From: Raillietiella orientalis
Taxonomy: Eukaryota
Assembly: GCA_036172245.1 (NCBI GenBank)
Contig: JAYWIR010000006.1
Span: forward strand, 4,464,001 to 4,528,000
Length of the DNA: 64,000 nt
Direction: 5' to 3'
Part shown: piece after piece, positions 62,900-64,000 of the stretch
Layout: each line of letters begins with the position of its first letter
How positions within the stretch are numbered: position 1 is the stretch's first letter
Made by a program: the position numbers and the translations under genes
The notes under the pieces: generated by a model
What the model was told of the DNA's origin: nothing
The model's input: only the letters and a program-made list of their open reading frames with translations
The model's database searches: none

Positions 62900-64000
62900 C
62901 AAATGTTTACCCTATCCTCTAAGTGCGAATCTTCCATCAGATGGAGAGTTGAATCAGGAGTTGTGCTCTTACAGCTCTATCACGGGATTGCTCACGGTGG
63001 TTACTTATGGTGATGGTGCAAGGAAGGACCTCGGGTGCACTCAGCGTGCACCTTACATTTCGCACCCATCGATTGCAGGCATGAGCCATTCCTTCGAATC
63101 CGGAACTGTGGAACCCGGTTTCCTCGTGAGCGAAAAATTTCCCTGATAAATAGCGTCAGGCAGCCTCAAGTATGAGCCGCTGCCTGCGCAAGCATTCTGA
63201 CACTCAGTGTCGGTACATTCGGTTGCATCCGTTCTTCTGCGAATGATCAAAGTCGCAACTTCCCACCCGTTCGGCCGTATCCGTGAGTAACCGTGAGGCC
63301 CGCTTTTCCGGCTCCACCGAAACTTCGGGAATTCGGAACGATTCTCTCCCTCACGAACCTCTGGAGGCACCATTCTGCCTGGATTCTTCCACGTTTCTTC
63401 CCAGCACTCACTGTGACCTGCGCTGCAGCAGCAAGAGCTCACCCAAATTAGAAGAACCGGACGTCCTTGCCTAGGATGCAGTACAGATTCTGTCGTCTTC
63501 TAGTTGCTGCGAGCGGTGAAATGGGCTCAACACCTTCGAAGGTTTCACGAAATGCGAGAGCTTCAAGCTTGCGGGAATGGCATCGACAACGGACTGCGTT
63601 GTCTCGGTTAACCGTAACCGACATCTCCTTGGTCACAGTCGGAGAAAAACCTTAAGGGTTACGCAGAAGCCTTTTTTCAAGATGGCGAGCGCTTATGTAC
63701 GTGTGTTCGGCTGCTGCACCGATTCCCCATGTTCACGCAAATCGGGACCCCATTTCCCGTTTTCCCCGGGAAAAGGATAGCAACGGTGGAAGGCTTTCCA
63801 TCTCCTGAACAAAAAATAAGATTTGTCCGCAGCCATGAATGTCTCGTGGATTGTTTTGGGTGTTTCGTACGTTTTTCTGTCTCGTGATTTTGTAGTCTAT
63901 TCCCTTCCGTTGAAACAAAGTTGTGATAAGACAAGCAAACACTCGAGAATCCTTTGCTCACTAGTGTTTCCATGACATTGGAAGTCGGGTTGTGGAGATA
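62900..64000 (-). mobile_element. Decayed APE endonuclease region of a non-LTR element
   Basis: RLQNHET...IFCSGDGKPSTVAILF in ORF 63677..63973 (cf. LQET...S.G....GVAIL), with QGDVG downstream. Confidence 0.55.

Overview
Eukaryotic (metazoan, probably invertebrate) genomic DNA, not prokaryotic. Only one intact host gene is recognisable: a two-exon LLP homolog (LLPH/LAPS18 family, 105 aa, minus strand, 23634-24020) in an AT-rich island of about 21.4-25.1 kb. Nearly all the rest is a nested, two-orientation accumulation of decayed non-LTR retrotransposons. Most are L1/Tx1-like (ORF1 zinc knuckles, APE endonuclease, RT, CCHC finger); one is an R2-group element of Utopia/NeSL type with a restriction-like endonuclease. 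There are also two non-autonomous DNA transposons: a 780-bp foldback element with 233-bp TIRs inside the Utopia-like RT, and a ~1.3-kb pogo/Tc2-like element carrying a 16-bp minisatellite. The most striking unexplained pattern is that ten divergent L1/Tx1-like copies end in the same cassette: AAT(A/G)AA, then exactly 20 nt ending GGTG (once GGTA) with a CCCGG-N5-CCGGG hairpin consensus, and no long poly(A). Six of them also have an upstream triloop hairpin. The first ~15.3 kb holds related elements but is much more GC-rich. The long ORFs in the supplied track are mostly GC-driven artefacts or TE remnants. TE boundaries away from the 3' ends are approximate, and all alignments were done by eye.
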